Shown: piece by piece, positions 1 through 15,132 of the stretch
Layout of the letters: each line of letters opens with the position of its first letter
How positions within the stretch are numbered: the stretch's first letter is position 1
From: Octopus sinensis
Taxonomy: Eukaryota
DNA: 64,000 nucleotides
Direction: 5' to 3'
Assembly: GCF_006345805.1 (NCBI RefSeq)
Contig: NC_043011.1
Location: 43,288,464-43,352,463 of the forward strand
Program-made: the position numbers and the translations under genes
The notes under the pieces: generated by a model
Database searches by the model: none
Told to the model about the DNA's origin: nothing
Seen by the model: the letters and a program-made list of their open reading frames with translations, nothing else

Positions 1-875
1 GGCTGTGTAGTTAGAAAGTTAAATTCACAATCACGTAGTTCCAGGTTCGATTCCACCCTTTGGTATATAAAGCATATGCTTATACTGCATCCTCGTTTTG
101 ATTAATAACCTTATCTGGAATTTGTAGGGAAGAAACTACGCTAAAAGGCCGTCGTAAATGTGTGTGCGTGTGTGTGTGTGTGTGTGTGTGGTGTGTGTGT
201 GTGTGTTCACGCGCCTGCGTGTGCGTCTGTGTGTACGAATATTCATATCAACAAGGATGTAAAGATCAGCAAGAAAAAGAAAGAAACACTTCTTTAAAAC
301 AAAGTACGACATGATATTCCATGCTCCATTTTCATTCTCAGCTTCTGAAATGTCATGAACCAGCAATTGGCTTGTTGAAAACTTGTATAAATATGATATT
401 ATTTTAACAATTGTGATATATAATAACAAAATGATAATAATTGTAATATAATAGTATAGACAATAAAGAAATAAATGATACGAAAAAACATGGTTTGCAG
501 TTTGATTCGTTTGGACTACCGCCATCTTGCTTGGGATGTAAAAAAATGTCGTGCATAACATTCAACAGTAGCTGGCATCGTTCCAGTTATCAGTATATAT
601 GAACTGTATCTATATATCTGTTATATCTGTACTATTGCAGAGGTTTACTGTTCTTAGAAACATCGGAAACAACCGCAATGGGAAAATGAGGAGTATTTTA
701 TTACTGCCGCAGGTTCAAGGCCACAAGTTTCTGTTTAGTCGTACAACTAATACAGGGTAAAGCTTAAGGGCAGTAAACTCGCAACAATCAGTCTACTATA
801 AGCAGGGGTACTACAAGGTAGAGCGGTATATCTTTTGCAGAGTAATCTGTAGCATTGCTACAATAAGTCTGTGTG

Positions 876-1030
876 TATTTTATTTGCTTGTTGCGGAAGT
901 ATTTTAACAAAGATATGATGAGCATATTATAAGTATGATATTGGACAGAAATATTTTATTTGCTTGTTGCGGAAATATTTTAACAAAGATTTGATGAGTA
1001 TGATATAAGTATGATATTAGTCAGAAATAT
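876..1030. repeat. 76-bp diverged tandem duplication
   Basis: tatttgcttgttgcggaa at 881 and 957 with colinear downstream sequence. Confidence 0.8.
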
Positions 1031-1543
1031 TGGTTTCAAATATTCCTCGGCGGAATTTGAACTCAGAACTTAAAGCCGGATGAAATGCCGCTAAGTATTT
1101 TGCCCGGCGTGCTAACGATTCTGCCAGCTCGCCGCCTCATTGCTCGGTAATATTTGTTTCAAATTTTTGCACAAGGCCAACAATTTCGGGAGAGGGGTAA
1201 GTCTATTATATCAACACCACTAGTCAACTGGTACTTATTTCATCGGTCCCGAAATAGTGAAAGGCAAAGTCGACTAGAACAGAATTTTAAATCAGAACGT
1301 GAAGACGGACGAAATGAGGCTTAGCATTTTGTTCGGCATGCTAAATATTGAGCCAGCTCGCTGCCTTATTGCTCAGAAATATTACATGAAAATCAGATGG
1401 CCGAATTAGTTATGAAATTGCCCTGTGTGCTCGATCAGAAAATATATGAAATGATTTTCAGCGCCATGCAAACTGCATGTTGAAGCGTATATTGTATAGA
1501 GAACATGAAGAAATATATTACAAAAGTATTTATATGTGTGTAT

Positions 1544-1586
<43 letters not shown>

Positions 1587-2433
1587 AATCTCTTTTTCAA
1601 TACGCATATATACAGATAGATAGGTATGTAGGTAGGTAGGTAGGTAGGTAGGTCGGTAGATAGATAGATAGATAGATCGATAGATAGGATGTATACGTAT
1701 ACATACCTATATAACCATATTGGTTTTCTTGGAAGTTCATATAAGATAGGCAAATGAAATGGAAAACAAACAAAATATCCCCCAACAATATTAGAACATG
1801 ATAAAGGGATCCAGGCATTAAAAACGTTTTAGTTTTCATTTTTATAATCCCGGTTTTAGCTGGAAAGCATATTGATTTGATAAAATTACCTGGCGAAAGA
1901 AGGAAATGTATTTAAAAATACACACACACACACACACACACCTAATTTATTCTTTGTCATAGAATTACAATAACACCATGCAAAAAGCATATTCTCCACA
2001 AAATTATACAATTATCAAAATATATAGTATTATTTAAAACATAAAAGGAAAAATATAAAACAGTTCTGTTTCTTTGTTTTCTGTTTGAATCATTTCTTAG
2101 AGAAATCTCAAAAGATTAAATTGAATATACAAGTTTGAGATGTAATTCCTGAAACACACTTTGCATATATGAAATTTGTGAATACCTTTAGCAAAATCAA
2201 TTTCTTATCTTTATTAATCCTTAGAAATCCCTTATTTGAATTATAAGTTCCTTGCATAGAAGCATACCGTTAAATTTATAAAGGTGATGCATGGCTTTCA
2301 TGATTCGAAACGGTTTCGATTTAAGACATTTTACGATAGTAACGTGAGAGATGTAGATGTATTTCTATAGGGATTCGAAACTACATATTTAATTATTTTC
2401 ATTTCTTATTAAACTTTTATATATATACTTAAA

Positions 2434-2688
2434 GTGGAGGCGCGTGGCTTAGTGTTTAGGGAGTCAGTATCATGATTGTAAGATTGTGGTTTCGATTCCT
2501 GAACCGGGCGACGCGTTGTGTTCTTGAGCAAAAGACTTCATTTCACATTGCTCTAGTCCACTCAGCTGGCAAAAATGAGCAACGCTGCGATGGACTGGTG
2601 TCCTGTTTAGCTGGGGAACACATACGCCATTGAAACCGGGAAACCAGGCCCATGAGCCTGGCTAGGCTTTAAAAGGGCGCAAAAAAAT
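2434..2688 (+). mobile_element. tRNA-headed SINE family B
   Basis: Head GTGGAGGCGCGTGGCTTAGTG...GGTTTCGATTCC, body ttcttgagcaaaagacttcatttcacattgctctagtccactcagctggc, A-rich tail. Confidence 0.75.
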
Positions 2689-2794
2689 ATATATACGTTA
2701 TATCGCAAAGCTGTCATTGGTTCTAAATTCGCACGGGCTAATAATTAGTTCACTGTATTCAATGATGGCATACGTGACAAGCATGTCTCAATGT

Positions 2795-3188
2795 GGATGG
2801 GATAGAAGCACTCAGTCGGTTACGACGACGAGGGTTCCGGTTGATCCGAATCAACGGAACAGCCTGCTCGTGAAATTAACGTGTAAGTGGCTGAGCATTC
2901 CACAGACACGTATACCCTTAACGTAGTTCTCGGGGATATTCAGCGTGACACAGAGAGTGACAAGGCCGGCCCTTTGAAATACAGGTACAACAGAAACAGG
3001 AAGTAAGAGTGAGAGAAAGTTGTGGTGAAAGAGTACAGCAGGGATCACCACCATCCCCTGTCGGAGCCTCGTGGAGCTTTAGGTGTTTTCGCTCAATAAA
3101 CACTCACAACGCTCGGTCTGGGAATCGAAACCGCGATCCTACGACCGCGAGTCCGCTGCCCTAACCACTGGGCCATTGCGCCTCCACT
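2795..3188 (-). mobile_element. tRNA-headed SINE family A, full length
   Basis: Reverse complement begins GTGGAGGCGCAATGGCCCAGTGG (A box) and contains GGTTTCGATTCC (B box). TSD atgtctcaatgt at 2783-2794 and 3189-3200. Confidence 0.9.
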
Positions 3189-3453
3189 ATGTCTCAATGT
3201 AACTCGGGCAGAACAAAAATTTAATTACCATTCGAAAGCCACTGTGGATACAGTAGAACAGTGATTTAAAGAAATCACTGAAATCAGAATTAGTCGGCAG
3301 CCTAAATAACAGTTTGTGATGAAGAGTAGAAACAGTATTACTTCAAAGTAGTAGCTTTGTAGAGATATGCAATGTGCTTCGAGAAACATTATTCCAAAAA
3401 ATTAATCATTTCATGCTCTCCCGAAAGTTTATAACGTTCTTATGACATCAACA

Positions 3454-3486
<33 letters not shown>

Positions 3487-3534
3487 ACGTACATATAAAG
3501 GGAGATAGACAGACCGACACACAGATAGACACAC

Positions 3535-3875
<341 letters not shown>

Positions 3876-4769
3876 TGAAAGTGAATTGTAGCGGGTACAG
3901 AATGCCATACAAGCTATTGACTAAATTTTTAAAATTCCCCAAGTAGCAGAGAAGGATAAACATACCTAGCGGCAATTGCTAACAACTCAAGAAAAGAAGA
4001 CGAGATAATTTTAGTAGACTAACTTTAAATTCAAGATTGGATTACCAAGCTAGCGCAAAAATGAAAGAAAAGAACTTTTCTTTCTTCCTTTTAGAAGTGA
4101 AGAAGCGAAGCATAGCTATAACCAATATGTTGCTGTCTCTTTTTGATCCTGTTGGCACAGTATTTTCTTTTCTCGTTTCTATTTAGTTTTAAGACATTGA
4201 ACAAGTACAAAACGAATCATGCATTTTCTTGGCCCCCAAGTGATCTACATAATTATACGTACAAGCAGCTAAAAGAACATATCCATAGCAGGTCAGTGAC
4301 ATGTATTTGGTAAACAAAGAAGAAGGGGGGTAAAATATATGTTGTACACAGTATGTGTTAAAAGTTCTTAAAATTCCCTTTCAGAATCAGAAGAGGTGGG
4401 GAAAAAAAAGACAACTAATGGTAATTGTTAACAAATTTGAATGAGAAGGGAGGTTATTTCAAGGAATCATGAATAGAGGACTAAATGTAAGGAACTTAAG
4501 GGAAGAATTCACTACTACTCCAACTCCTCCTCATACACCTTCTCCTACTAATACTACGACTACTACTAGAAAAAATAGTCACTCTACTACAACTGCTACT
4601 GCTACTACTACTACTACTACCACAGGGGTAGACAGAGGGGACAAACAAGGACAGACAAAGGGATTAAGTCGATTATATCGACTCCAGTGCATGACTGGTA
4701 TTATTTAATTGACCCCGAAAGGATGAAAGGCAAAGTCGGCTGCGGTAGAATTTAAAGTCGACCGCAACG

Positions 4770-4831
<62 letters not shown>

Positions 4832-6100
4832 TATTACTACCCATGTATTTTAATTTAACTTTATTTCTATCAAAAAAAAAAAAAAGAAAAATGAACGAAC
4901 TCGTGAGTTTAGTTTAATGGCCTACCAATGTATACTATGAATTTCTTTGCCCTAGGAGTCGGGAAGACACTCGGCGAGAAATGGAAGCAAATTTGAAAGA
5001 AGAAGAAAAAATGATAATAATAATAATAATAATGATGATGATGATGATGATAATAATAATAATATTTTCTACTAAAGGTACAAAGCCTGTAATTTGGTGG
5101 GGAGGGGATTTGTCAATTATGTTGATTCCAGTGTTTCACTGGTGCTTAATTCATCGACCCCGAATGAATGACAGTCAAAATCGACCTTGGCGGAATTTGA
5201 ACTCAGAAGGTAGTGACTGCTAAAAATTTAAACTCAGAATGTAGCGACTGCTAAGAATTTCGTCCAGCGTGCTAGCGATCTGCCACTGCGCCGCCTTAAT
5301 AACGGTTTCAAGTTTTGGCACAAGGCCAGTAATTTCGGGGGAGGGAGTGAGTCGATCTCGGTGGCATAATAAATATAATTCTTTCTACACTATAGGAACA
5401 ATGCCTGAAATTTAGGTGGTGGGGCATAGTCGATTACAACGACCCCAGTACGTGGCTGCTACTTATTTTATCGACCCCAAAAGGATGCGGGGTAACGTCG
5501 ACCTCGTCGGAATTTGAATTCTGAACATATGCCGGAAGAATCTCCTCAAAGCAGCTCCTGATTTGGGTACAAGTACTTAAGCAACTCCTCTTATCCCAGC
5601 TACACCTATCATAGGTCCGGGATAGAATGGACAGGAGAGATCCTAATGCATGTTGTATGGTAAGAGATCATACTCACTTGTATGTGACAACTATAGGTAC
5701 AAATGTACCCGTTAGGACACACACACATACACACTGATTCCTATGGTATTTTCTGTAAACTAACAAGGCGTGTTCAATTTAACCCTAGGCAATGGAGAAA
5801 GTGTCACTGGTGAGGATTAATTCAATCCGAAATCATCGATGATCTGACACGCCTCACTTGCTGTAGGGAGGTTGTCTCCCTTGTCAGTCAACAGGCACCT
5901 GGTTTATCCGCGGCTAAGAGTTGTTTTGACTCTTATTTCTAGCAATACTGGTGCTGATTTGCGCCCTTATTCACTTTAATGACGATTGTACTTGTGCCTT
6001 TTTGTTTTCAAATTGCGGATAGCCAACTTCATAATTAATACACACACACAAACACACATATATGGGTACATATCTATTATATACAGCTATATATATATAT

Positions 6101-6170
6101 AAATCGCCATTACCACGAAGAATGGGTTCTCAAGAAAACATTAACACATTCTTCGTGGTAATGGTGATTT
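6101..6170. repeat. 70-nt hairpin with a 24-bp stem
   Basis: aaatcgccattaccacgaagaatg pairs with cattcttcgtggtaatggtgattt with a single G-U pair on the + strand RNA. Confidence 0.85.
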
Positions 6171-6461
6171 GACGTCTATGTTTAGCATATAGGCTGTCCA
6201 CTTTAGTGGTCAGTCCTCTAAATTTTGTATGTAAAAAATTTTTTATCTTCGGATTTTTTAAAATATGCTAAGCCACTGGTTATATATATATATTTATATA
6301 TATATACATATACACACACACATATATGTATGTATGTATTTATGTATGTATGTATATATGTATGTATGTATGTATGTATAAACCGTGAAACTGATGTCCA
6401 TATCCTTTGGCGCACGGGATTTTGTGTTGTCTTCCTATAACTTCTTGGCGGCGAGCCACTT

Positions 6462-6692
6462 AAAGGCGAGCTGGCAGAAACGTTAGCACGCCGGGCGAAA
6501 TGCGTAGCCGTATTTCGTCTGCCATTACGTCCTCAGTTCAAATTCCGCCGAGGTCGACTTTGCCTTTCATCCTTTCGGGGTCGATAAATTAAGTACCAGT
6601 TACGCACTGAGGTCGATGTAAACCACTTAATCCGTTTGTCTTCCCTTGTTTGTCCCCTCTACGTTTAGCCCCTTGTGGGCAGTAAAGAAATA
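6462..6692 (+). mobile_element. tRNA-headed SINE family C (representative full copy)
   Basis: ggcgagctggcagaaacgttagcacgccgggcg head, gttcaaattcc B box, gtcgactttgcctttcatcctttcggggtcgata body. About 20 further copies or fragments lie near 1035-1372, 4620-4760, 5060-5545, 11930-12410, 15650-16100, 16654-16990, 21065-21770, 30325-30525, 33590-33792, 34300-34740, 40355-40725, 44147-44572, 59340-59550 and 62308-62785. Confidence 0.85.
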
Positions 6693-7402
6693 TATAACTT
6701 CTAGGATTCGAAATGGGAGATGAAATTGAATTGGAGTAAAAGTGAGAGACATGAAGATTGAGAGACAGTACGGAAGAGAGAAGGAGAGAGAGAGAGAGAC
6801 AGACAGACAGAGAGAAGGAGAGGATGAGGAAGAGAGAGAGAGAGAGAGTGGGAGCGACAGGGCGAGAGAATGAGTGTGAGAGAAAGATAAAGATGGCGAT
6901 AGAGCGGGCGGAAGTGGAACATGTGATTAATAGATATGGAAAGTTTCAGAAAGCGAAAAATAAAGGAGGGAAGGAAGATTATCAATTGAAACATCGACGA
7001 ATCAAAGAAATCAAAGAAACAAATGAAAACCAATGACCACTTCCCATTAAACAAATGCCAAAACAGGCTCCAATATTACGCATTTATAAATAACACACAC
7101 ACGCACGGACACCTATAAACATACATACAAATATCATACTTTGCCATATTTGCAATAATATATATTTTCTATGTGTTTACATACATACATTCATACACAT
7201 ACGCACTTATGTATATATCAAAGTATCAAAGTATCAAAGTATATATTGATATATATGTATATATATAATATATATATAATATATATATATTATATACATA
7301 TACATATTTATAGACATATATGTATATACGTACATGTATATATATTTATGTAGGAGAGAAAAGGAGGTACATACATACACACACACACACATATATATAC
7401 AT

Positions 7403-7438
<36 letters not shown>

Positions 7439-8874
7439 GCTCGCAAATACGCACGTACATATATAGACTAAATATGCAAACGTGAGTGCTCTAAACACCT
7501 CTTCACACGCACTCTTATACATCTGTAATGATTCAGCAAAGACAGAGAGATAAACTTTTAATATTTTCATAAAATACATACACATATATACTCACATACA
7601 TACACGTGTGTGTGTGTGTGTGTATGTGTGTGAGTGCAGATGTACACACACGCACATACACGCATATATATATATATATATACTATGTATGACACATGCA
7701 TTAATATGCGTAGAAGTGTTTTGTAGCAATGATACTAATGAATAAATCATAAAAGTCCAGGAATAATAAATAACTTCATACAAATTAGTCATGTCAAGAA
7801 AAGTACTGAAGTTTGAATGTTAATCAAACTTCAATCAAAACCTCAGATATTGATGTGTGAAACACAGTTCACAAAACTAATATCACCATTAAAGAAAATA
7901 TCGTAACGTCTTAAGTTAAACAGAAATCAAACACAAATCCCGAAATATATTCAGTTCGTTCTTTTTTTCTTTTTTTGAATCTCACTTTACTTGTATTTTC
8001 AAAGGGAATTTATTAATTTTTATCATTAATTTACTGAACGTGCGTTGCTTATTTGTTAGCACGTTAAGCGTTTTATGGTCGTAACATCGTGAGTTCGATT
8101 GTTGAACTGAGCGATATGTTATATCCTTGAGTATATATATTCGTTCGGTTTCCTTTGCTCTATTTCATCCAGTTTAAAATTTATAGTAAAAAAGACACTG
8201 GGTTTAATCATGCAATGCACTATTGCGTTATCCCGTGAAGTTTTCGGGGAAGGACTAGCGACCGCCTGGCACGTTATTTTTCGCTACAGACGGGCGTTTG
8301 TTATAATTCGAGCTGCGCCAATGACTTCTTGCTGTTGTGCTCTTACGTGTAAGATAACAGGAGTGTTAGATCGTCGCTTAATCTCTCTTGCGATATTTGA
8401 TTATACTCTTCTATTTCGAAATAACGATGTCTGCTTTGAATTCTTCAAGACTCGATGAAATCAGTATCTCTGAAGTACAGGCATAAATTTCTCCATCTAA
8501 CTACTCACTCTACCCCAACAAAAATAAATCGTTGCCGTATACCTTTAACAGAAATTATTATCATTAATTCTGTATTAGCAACGGAAGCAGTATTAGGTCA
8601 AAATAGCATTCTGCACACCGTACTTAACGTGTTTGTATTGTATATAGCCAGAAATCCGCGGTATTCTCTTCGAGACAGCATATTGCTCAGGGTATAGTGC
8701 TAAGAAGCAAAAAAGTATATCAGTAGTAATGGAAAAACTTCCGGCTGCAGTGGTGACATTGCTAAATCTAGTTTTCTGCTTTTAAGTAAGATATATTGAA
8801 TGCTCTTTTGAACTTATACTGCTAATAAAGAATTTCAGACAGCCTGCCGGCTATTTGTAACATCAATGATTTGA

Positions 8875-9261
8875 GTGGAGGCGCAATGGCCCAGTGGTTA
8901 GGGCAGCGAACTCGCGGTCATAGGATCGCGGTTTCGATTCCCAGACCGAGCGTTGTGAGTGTTTATTGAGCGAAAACACCTAAAGCCCCACGAGGCTCCG
9001 GCAGGGGATGGTGGTGATCCCTGCTGTACTCTTTCACCACAACTTTCTCTCACTCTTACTTCCTGTTTCTGTTGTACCTGTATTTCAAGGGGCCGGCCTT
9101 GTCACTCTCTGTGTCACGCTGAATATCCCCGAGAACTACATTAAGGGTACACGTGTCTGTGGAGTGCTCAGCCACTTACACGTTAATTTCACGAGCAGGC
9201 TGTTCCGTTGATTCGGATCAACCGGAACCCTCGTCGTCGTAACCGACGGAGTGCTTCCCCC
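8875..9261 (+). mobile_element. SINE family A, full length
   Basis: Aligns by eye end to end with the other family A copies. No clear TSD. Confidence 0.88.
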
Positions 9262-9461
9262 GTATATTAACATTATTGTGTTCGCCACGAAGAGGCTTTT
9301 GTAAGAGGAATCCCCATCTAAATTTTGATTGCATCAGGTTTACAAAAAATTAAAAACTATTTGTGAGGTTATTTTTTTTTATCAAATAGAAGGATTTCCC
9401 ATTTACTCCATTACTTTGGGGTGGATACTATTTCCCTCCTTAGTTATTTGTAATGTGTTTT

Positions 9462-9708
9462 GAGGGCGCATGGCGTAGTGGTTAGGGTATTGCACCCACG
9501 ATCACGACATTATGATTTCAAATCCTGGACCGAGTGATGCGTCGTTTTCTTGAGCACAATACTTAATTTCATGTTCCTCTGCGATCGCTTCGACACCTGA
9601 CGTGTCGTACATCGTGCACCTGTTCAGGCAAAGTTGATTTGATGGGGCGAGGGAACTAATGTACAGTACATACATTTGTTCACTATAAACTAATTAATTG
9701 TGCAGGTT
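9462..9708 (+). mobile_element. Diverged tRNA-headed SINE (B-like head, different tail)
   Basis: gagggcgcatggcgtagtggttagg head followed by ttcttgagcacaatacttaatttc. Boundaries approximate. Confidence 0.6.
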
Positions 9709-9723
9709 AGAATATATATATAT

Positions 9724-9924
9724 AAAGTTAATCCAAACAAGAAAGCACAAAAAACACAACAACGCGAGGACGTGGAACAAATATAGTATTATTGGGCGCT
9801 CAGGAAAGAAGGAAAGAAGTGGGGTTTAACGATTCGAGCGGAGCTCTTCGTCGGAAACATAGGAGAAGGAAAGATCCAGAGAAGGGAAGACAGAGAAAAA
9901 AATCGCCAACGGTACACACGTGGT

Positions 9925-9928
<4 letters not shown>
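9724..9928 (-). mobile_element. About 205-bp hammerhead-bearing element in a (TA)/(CA) microsatellite (Penelope terminal repeat or retrozyme-like)
   Basis: Near-identical to 62829-63034 with the same two boundaries (aaagttaatcc...ggtcaca). Confidence 0.7.
9824..9858 (-). ncRNA. Mutated hammerhead motif (GAAA to GAAT, U4 to C)
   Basis: Minus strand GTTT-CCGACGA-A-GAGC/TCC/GCTC-GAAT-CG-T-T-AAAC, the same family as 62928-62962. Confidence 0.5.
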
Positions 9929-9994
<66 letters not shown>

Positions 9995-10722
9995 TATGTG
10001 TGTGTGTGATGTGTGAGTATGTGTGCTTGTCCTTTTCCACAGCTTGACAACTGTTGTTGGTTGGCTTAGGTCCCACAACCGTTACGTTATGTAAGAAATA
10101 GAATAAGTAACAGGCTTGAAAAAGAATAACAACAATAAGTATTGGTGAAAATATCCGTTTCGATTAAAACCCTTCTATGCAGCGCGCCCCAGCGTGGCCG
10201 CAGCCCAATGACTGACACAAGTAAAAGATAAAAGATACTATACTTTAGGACGCCCACCCCCCACAAAAAAAAGAGAAAAAGAAAGGAGTGACAGAGAGAA
10301 AAATGGAAGCAGAGAAAGAGACAGAATAAAAAGCAGTGAGACAGACAATGAGACAGAAAGTATGGGGAAGATGGGAAAGAGGAAGCGTGTGAGACTCGCA
10401 GATTGTGGAATGGAGTAGGTGTGAAATAGAATATGAACGACGGATATACAAAAGATGATTTGTGACTACAATTTTATATGTACATACTAAACAGTGGTTG
10501 TTATAATGATGTTATATAAAATGGCTTCTCCAAGAAGTAATTGTTGAAGTAGCCCTCCAACTGTGTTCTACGAATAATAAACAAACTTCAAAGAATCTTA
10601 TGGAAGCGTTTTAAGACTGTTGCATTGATATACATATATAAACACACTGATACGTATACGAACACGAACACGAATACGCACATGTATACATGCATAGATA
10701 CATACATACTTAAGTATATGCG

Positions 10723-10775
<53 letters not shown>

Positions 10776-11007
10776 TATTATATACATATGTATATATGTA
10801 CAAATATGTATGTGCGTATATATATATATATTTATATATATACATATATACATACATATGTATATATGTACAAATATGTATGTACGTATATATACATACA
10901 TACATATGTATATATGTACAAATATGTATGTGCGTGTATATATATATACATAATTGTATGTATATGTGTATATATATATATATCGACAGACGGACAGACA
11001 GACAGAC

Positions 11008-11081
<74 letters not shown>

Positions 11082-11118
11082 GTAGGTAGATAGATAGATA
11101 GATAAATAGATAGATAGT

Positions 11119-11223
<105 letters not shown>

Positions 11224-13019
11224 TATGCATAAGCAGGATTGTTTGACACGTACACAAATGCGTATGAATTACTTCAATATGCTTATTCGCTTCAAAAATT
11301 GTGTATGTCTGTAGACGTGTAAATGTGTATATGTGTTTCTGTATAAGTGTGCATGTATGTATACATATATATATATATTTATATATATATACTTCTGTTT
11401 AAGTTGTTATAGTGCTGAAAATAAACATTAGTAGATATTGAAGGAAATAATACATGAATACTGTAGAATCACGGTTGACTTCCTGTTGCATAATTAAATA
11501 TAAATCTTCATTTAATAGACAGTTATGCCGTTCGGAAGTATATATAACCATCTACTTTGTCATCTTCTACTTGTCATTGACCACCACAATAGTTTCTATA
11601 GGATAAAATCTAGAATAAAATTTGCTTTCCTATATCGTTCACCAATAGCTTTCTACTCTTGAGGATTCTTAGTGGTGGCCATGTTGAATGGAATATACGT
11701 ATTGGTTTCAAATTTTGGTAGAAGGCCAGCAAGTCCAAGAAATGGAGGGAAGTCGATCACGTTACTCTCTCCATGTGTGTGAGCTTGCTAAAAGAAGGTG
11801 TGTATAAATAAAAATTATTGAAGAGGCGTCCTGCTTATGTATCTCAGTACAATGGTGCAGACGGTTAAATTTTTCAGAAAATCTTCGGTTGAAAGATGCC
11901 ACAAAATCTTTTATAGTATCGAGTAAACTTCGATTCAATTTTTGGCATAAAGCCAGAAATTTGGGTCGGGGTTAAATCGGTTACATCGACCCCAATGCTC
12001 AACTGGTACTTATTTTATCGACCTCGAAAGGAGGAAAGGCAAAGTTGACCCCCAGAACATAGACAAGCGATTTGCTGCTAAACAATTTATCAGGCGTGGT
12101 AACATCTCTGCTAGTTTCCCGGCTAAATAATAATAATAATAATAATTATTATTATTATTATTGTTGTTGCTGTTGTTGTTATTATTATTATTATTATTAT
12201 GAAAGCCGGGCGATATGTTCAGCTGCATTTTGTCCGTCTTCACGTTCTCACGTTCTGAGTTCAAATTACACCGAGGTCCCCTTTATCTTTCTTCCTTTCG
12301 AGGTTGATAAAATAACTGCCAATTATGTATTGGGGTCGATATAATCGACAGTCGCCCCACGTGCCTATTGTAGAAAGGATTATTATAATTGATACCGTTG
12401 CTTCTAATCTAGGCGCAAGGCCGGCAATTATGTATGATGTTTATCACTATTTTTTTGTTTGTGACATGAACTTTCTACTCATCCTAACACGAACAAAATA
12501 TTTCAGCAGTAATATCATCCAGTACATCAATGGCTCTGTATAGATATATTCTGTCAGCTAAGTTTTTTGTGAAGTGCGGCTTATAGATAGATATTATTTT
12601 GTATTCCACAAACAACCAATATTTGACAGTGAAGAACATATTGTACATAATGAGCTCAAGATATCGGTCGGTACTTATTTTATCAAACCTAGATGGACGA
12701 GCAACTCTGGCCTCAATGAGAACTACTGTGCATGATCAGGAATTTAATATAGGAAGTAAATATGACTATGTGATATTCATACGTGTCTGTCTGATGTAGC
12801 AGTGGTGCGAGTTAAGTGAATTAGCTTCATCCAAGAATTGAAACCAGATTCTTGAGTCAGATTGGTTGAAACCTTCTCCTTGGCTTTCGGTGCTTGCTAT
12901 CATCACAAAGAAACTCTATAGCCATGTTACTATGATGATGCTCTCAATTAAAGGGACTACTTCCTAGAGAATGTAGATAATTCGCTTATTCATTGAACTA
13001 TCACACATTCTCTTGTGTT

Positions 13020-13300
13020 ATATTTAAGTCAAAAAATCTAATATGAATAAGAGAAATGTTCAGCCAGACATTGATTTGTATCAATGTAATCAATAACATA
13101 TTCGTGATACAGTATCATTGTTACTGTATCATTGGATATCCTCTATCGATCGGCAAGGGAACAAAAAAGGTGGTGGAATCCCCTATTCATTGTGAACATT
13201 TCTATCAAGAACACCAGGATGGAATATATAGATTTTTCCGAATGTATACAAGCAAAAATAGAAACACTATTGAATGAGAAATGCTGCAAACTTAGATTTC
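13020..13300 (+). mobile_element. Possible highly decayed LINE apurinic-type endonuclease remnant
   Basis: A frameshifted read IDRQGNKKGGGI at about 13144-13180 resembles the R.DR....GGGV motif of APE domains. The rest is weak. Confidence 0.25.
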
Positions 13301-13967
13301 GGAAAAAGAAAATGGTAGTAAAGATTGTTGTGACTGGAGAGAGTTTTGTGTATCTGGAAACAATTACGCTACCATTCGTCGACAAAAGATCAACTTTGTC
13401 AATTTGTTGTTTAACGATTCTGGAGTCATTTGCGAATAAATCATTAAATCGATATTGGTTTCTTTCATAACAGAAACTAGATGCGAAAGACCCAAGTGAA
13501 TATGTTATTGGACGACCATCTCATAGGTCAGCTATCCATATTCGATGAAGTGGTTTCGCTATGTTGGGTTGAACGGGGCATTTTATTCAGCATACTTCCG
13601 TCTATTAAACAATTGCTTTGTAGATCCCTGGGAAAATTATTTGCAATATGACAACGGTTTGCACAACACTAGAGTATCTTTTATCATTTTAATACTGTTT
13701 AATACTAGAGAAACAGCATTGAAGTAGCACACTTGTTAACGAACTTGTGAATTCTCGAAAGGATTCGTTCTGTCTTACATTACAGCAAATACTATGGTAT
13801 AACTTATTAATTGAACCTCAGTATTCAACTGGCTTATGCTTAACTGATACAGACAGATTAACAAAAGTTCGTTCTTAGAAAATATAGCTTTTTGTGTACA
13901 TGTGAACTAATTCATTCATACATTGTATGTCAGAGGTGGCCCCGGGTGATCTCTTCCTTATATAGAA

Positions 13968-14035
<68 letters not shown>

Positions 14036-14424
14036 CACAAGAGTAAACAAGAGAGACAGAGACTGGCAGAAACAAGGAAAATGCCACTTGTATTTGATCA
14101 CTACGCAAATATTATTTTTAAAAAAACAACTTTTCTTTTAATTTTTCCCAAATTTAATTGTTTTCCATACTTACAGTTGAAAAATTCTCAATGACTGAAA
14201 CCAGTACTGAAATGTTTTTTATAAAATTCTGTTGTGTCTGGGGAGTTTCATTTTCTTTGTAACACACTCAGCGGTAAAATTTCCACTTTTTTCTTATTTT
14301 TATTTTCCAAAAATTTTCGGTTGAAAAAGTTGCAAGACGCAACCAAATCCCAAAACGAAATATTTTATAAAATTATTTTAGCATTATCCATCTTGACTTT
14401 TTTTCCATATATATATATATATAT

Positions 14425-14531
<107 letters not shown>

Positions 14532-14667
14532 TCATATATAGCTGCATGCATGGTTGTGTGGTTATGAAGCTCGCTTTGCAACCACGCGGTTTTGGGTTCA
14601 GCGCCATTGAACAGCACCTCGGGCAGCTATCTTCTACTATTGCTCAGTGAGGGAGTTTGGTAAATGG

Positions 14668-14845
14668 AGGAGAGGCTGTGTGGTAAGAAGCTTGCTTCCC
14701 AACTACATGGTTCCGGATTCAGTCCCACTGCGTGGCACCTTGGGCAAGTGTTTTCTACTATTGCCTCGGGTCGACAAAAATCTTATGACTGGGGTTAGTA
14801 GATAGAAACTGAAAGAAGCCCGTCGTATATATGTATGTATACATA

Positions 14846-14881
<36 letters not shown>

Positions 14882-15132
14882 TATATATGTGTGTGTGTAT
14901 TTGAGTGTTTGTATGTATACGTGTGTTTGTGTTCGTCTCCCGTCACCACCACCACTTAACCGATTTTGACTTGGTTACACCTCCGTAACTTAGCGGTTCG
15001 ACACATGACACTAAGAGAACAAGTAAAAACAAAAACTCTTTAAGATACGTACTTTGGTCGATTCGTTAGACTAAATGTTTTAAGACGTTGCCCCCGTATG
15101 ACCGCTGTCTAAAGACAAACAAATAAAAGATA
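14668..15132 (+). mobile_element. SINE family D, diverged copy
   Basis: Same head, ggcaccttgggcaagtg motif, internal microsatellite and tail as 53677-54082. Confidence 0.75.

Noticed and set aside
8210-8697. Possible upstream cyclase exon in CpG-richer sequence
   Set aside because: No frame resembles adenylyl cyclase TM or N-terminal sequence, and there is no convincing splice pair.
8959-9211. Recurrent ORFs MFIERKHLK... and MVVIPAVLFHHN... (about 6-7 copies each)
   Set aside because: They are read-throughs of SINE family A, with non-ATG starts, variable ends and no coding hallmarks.
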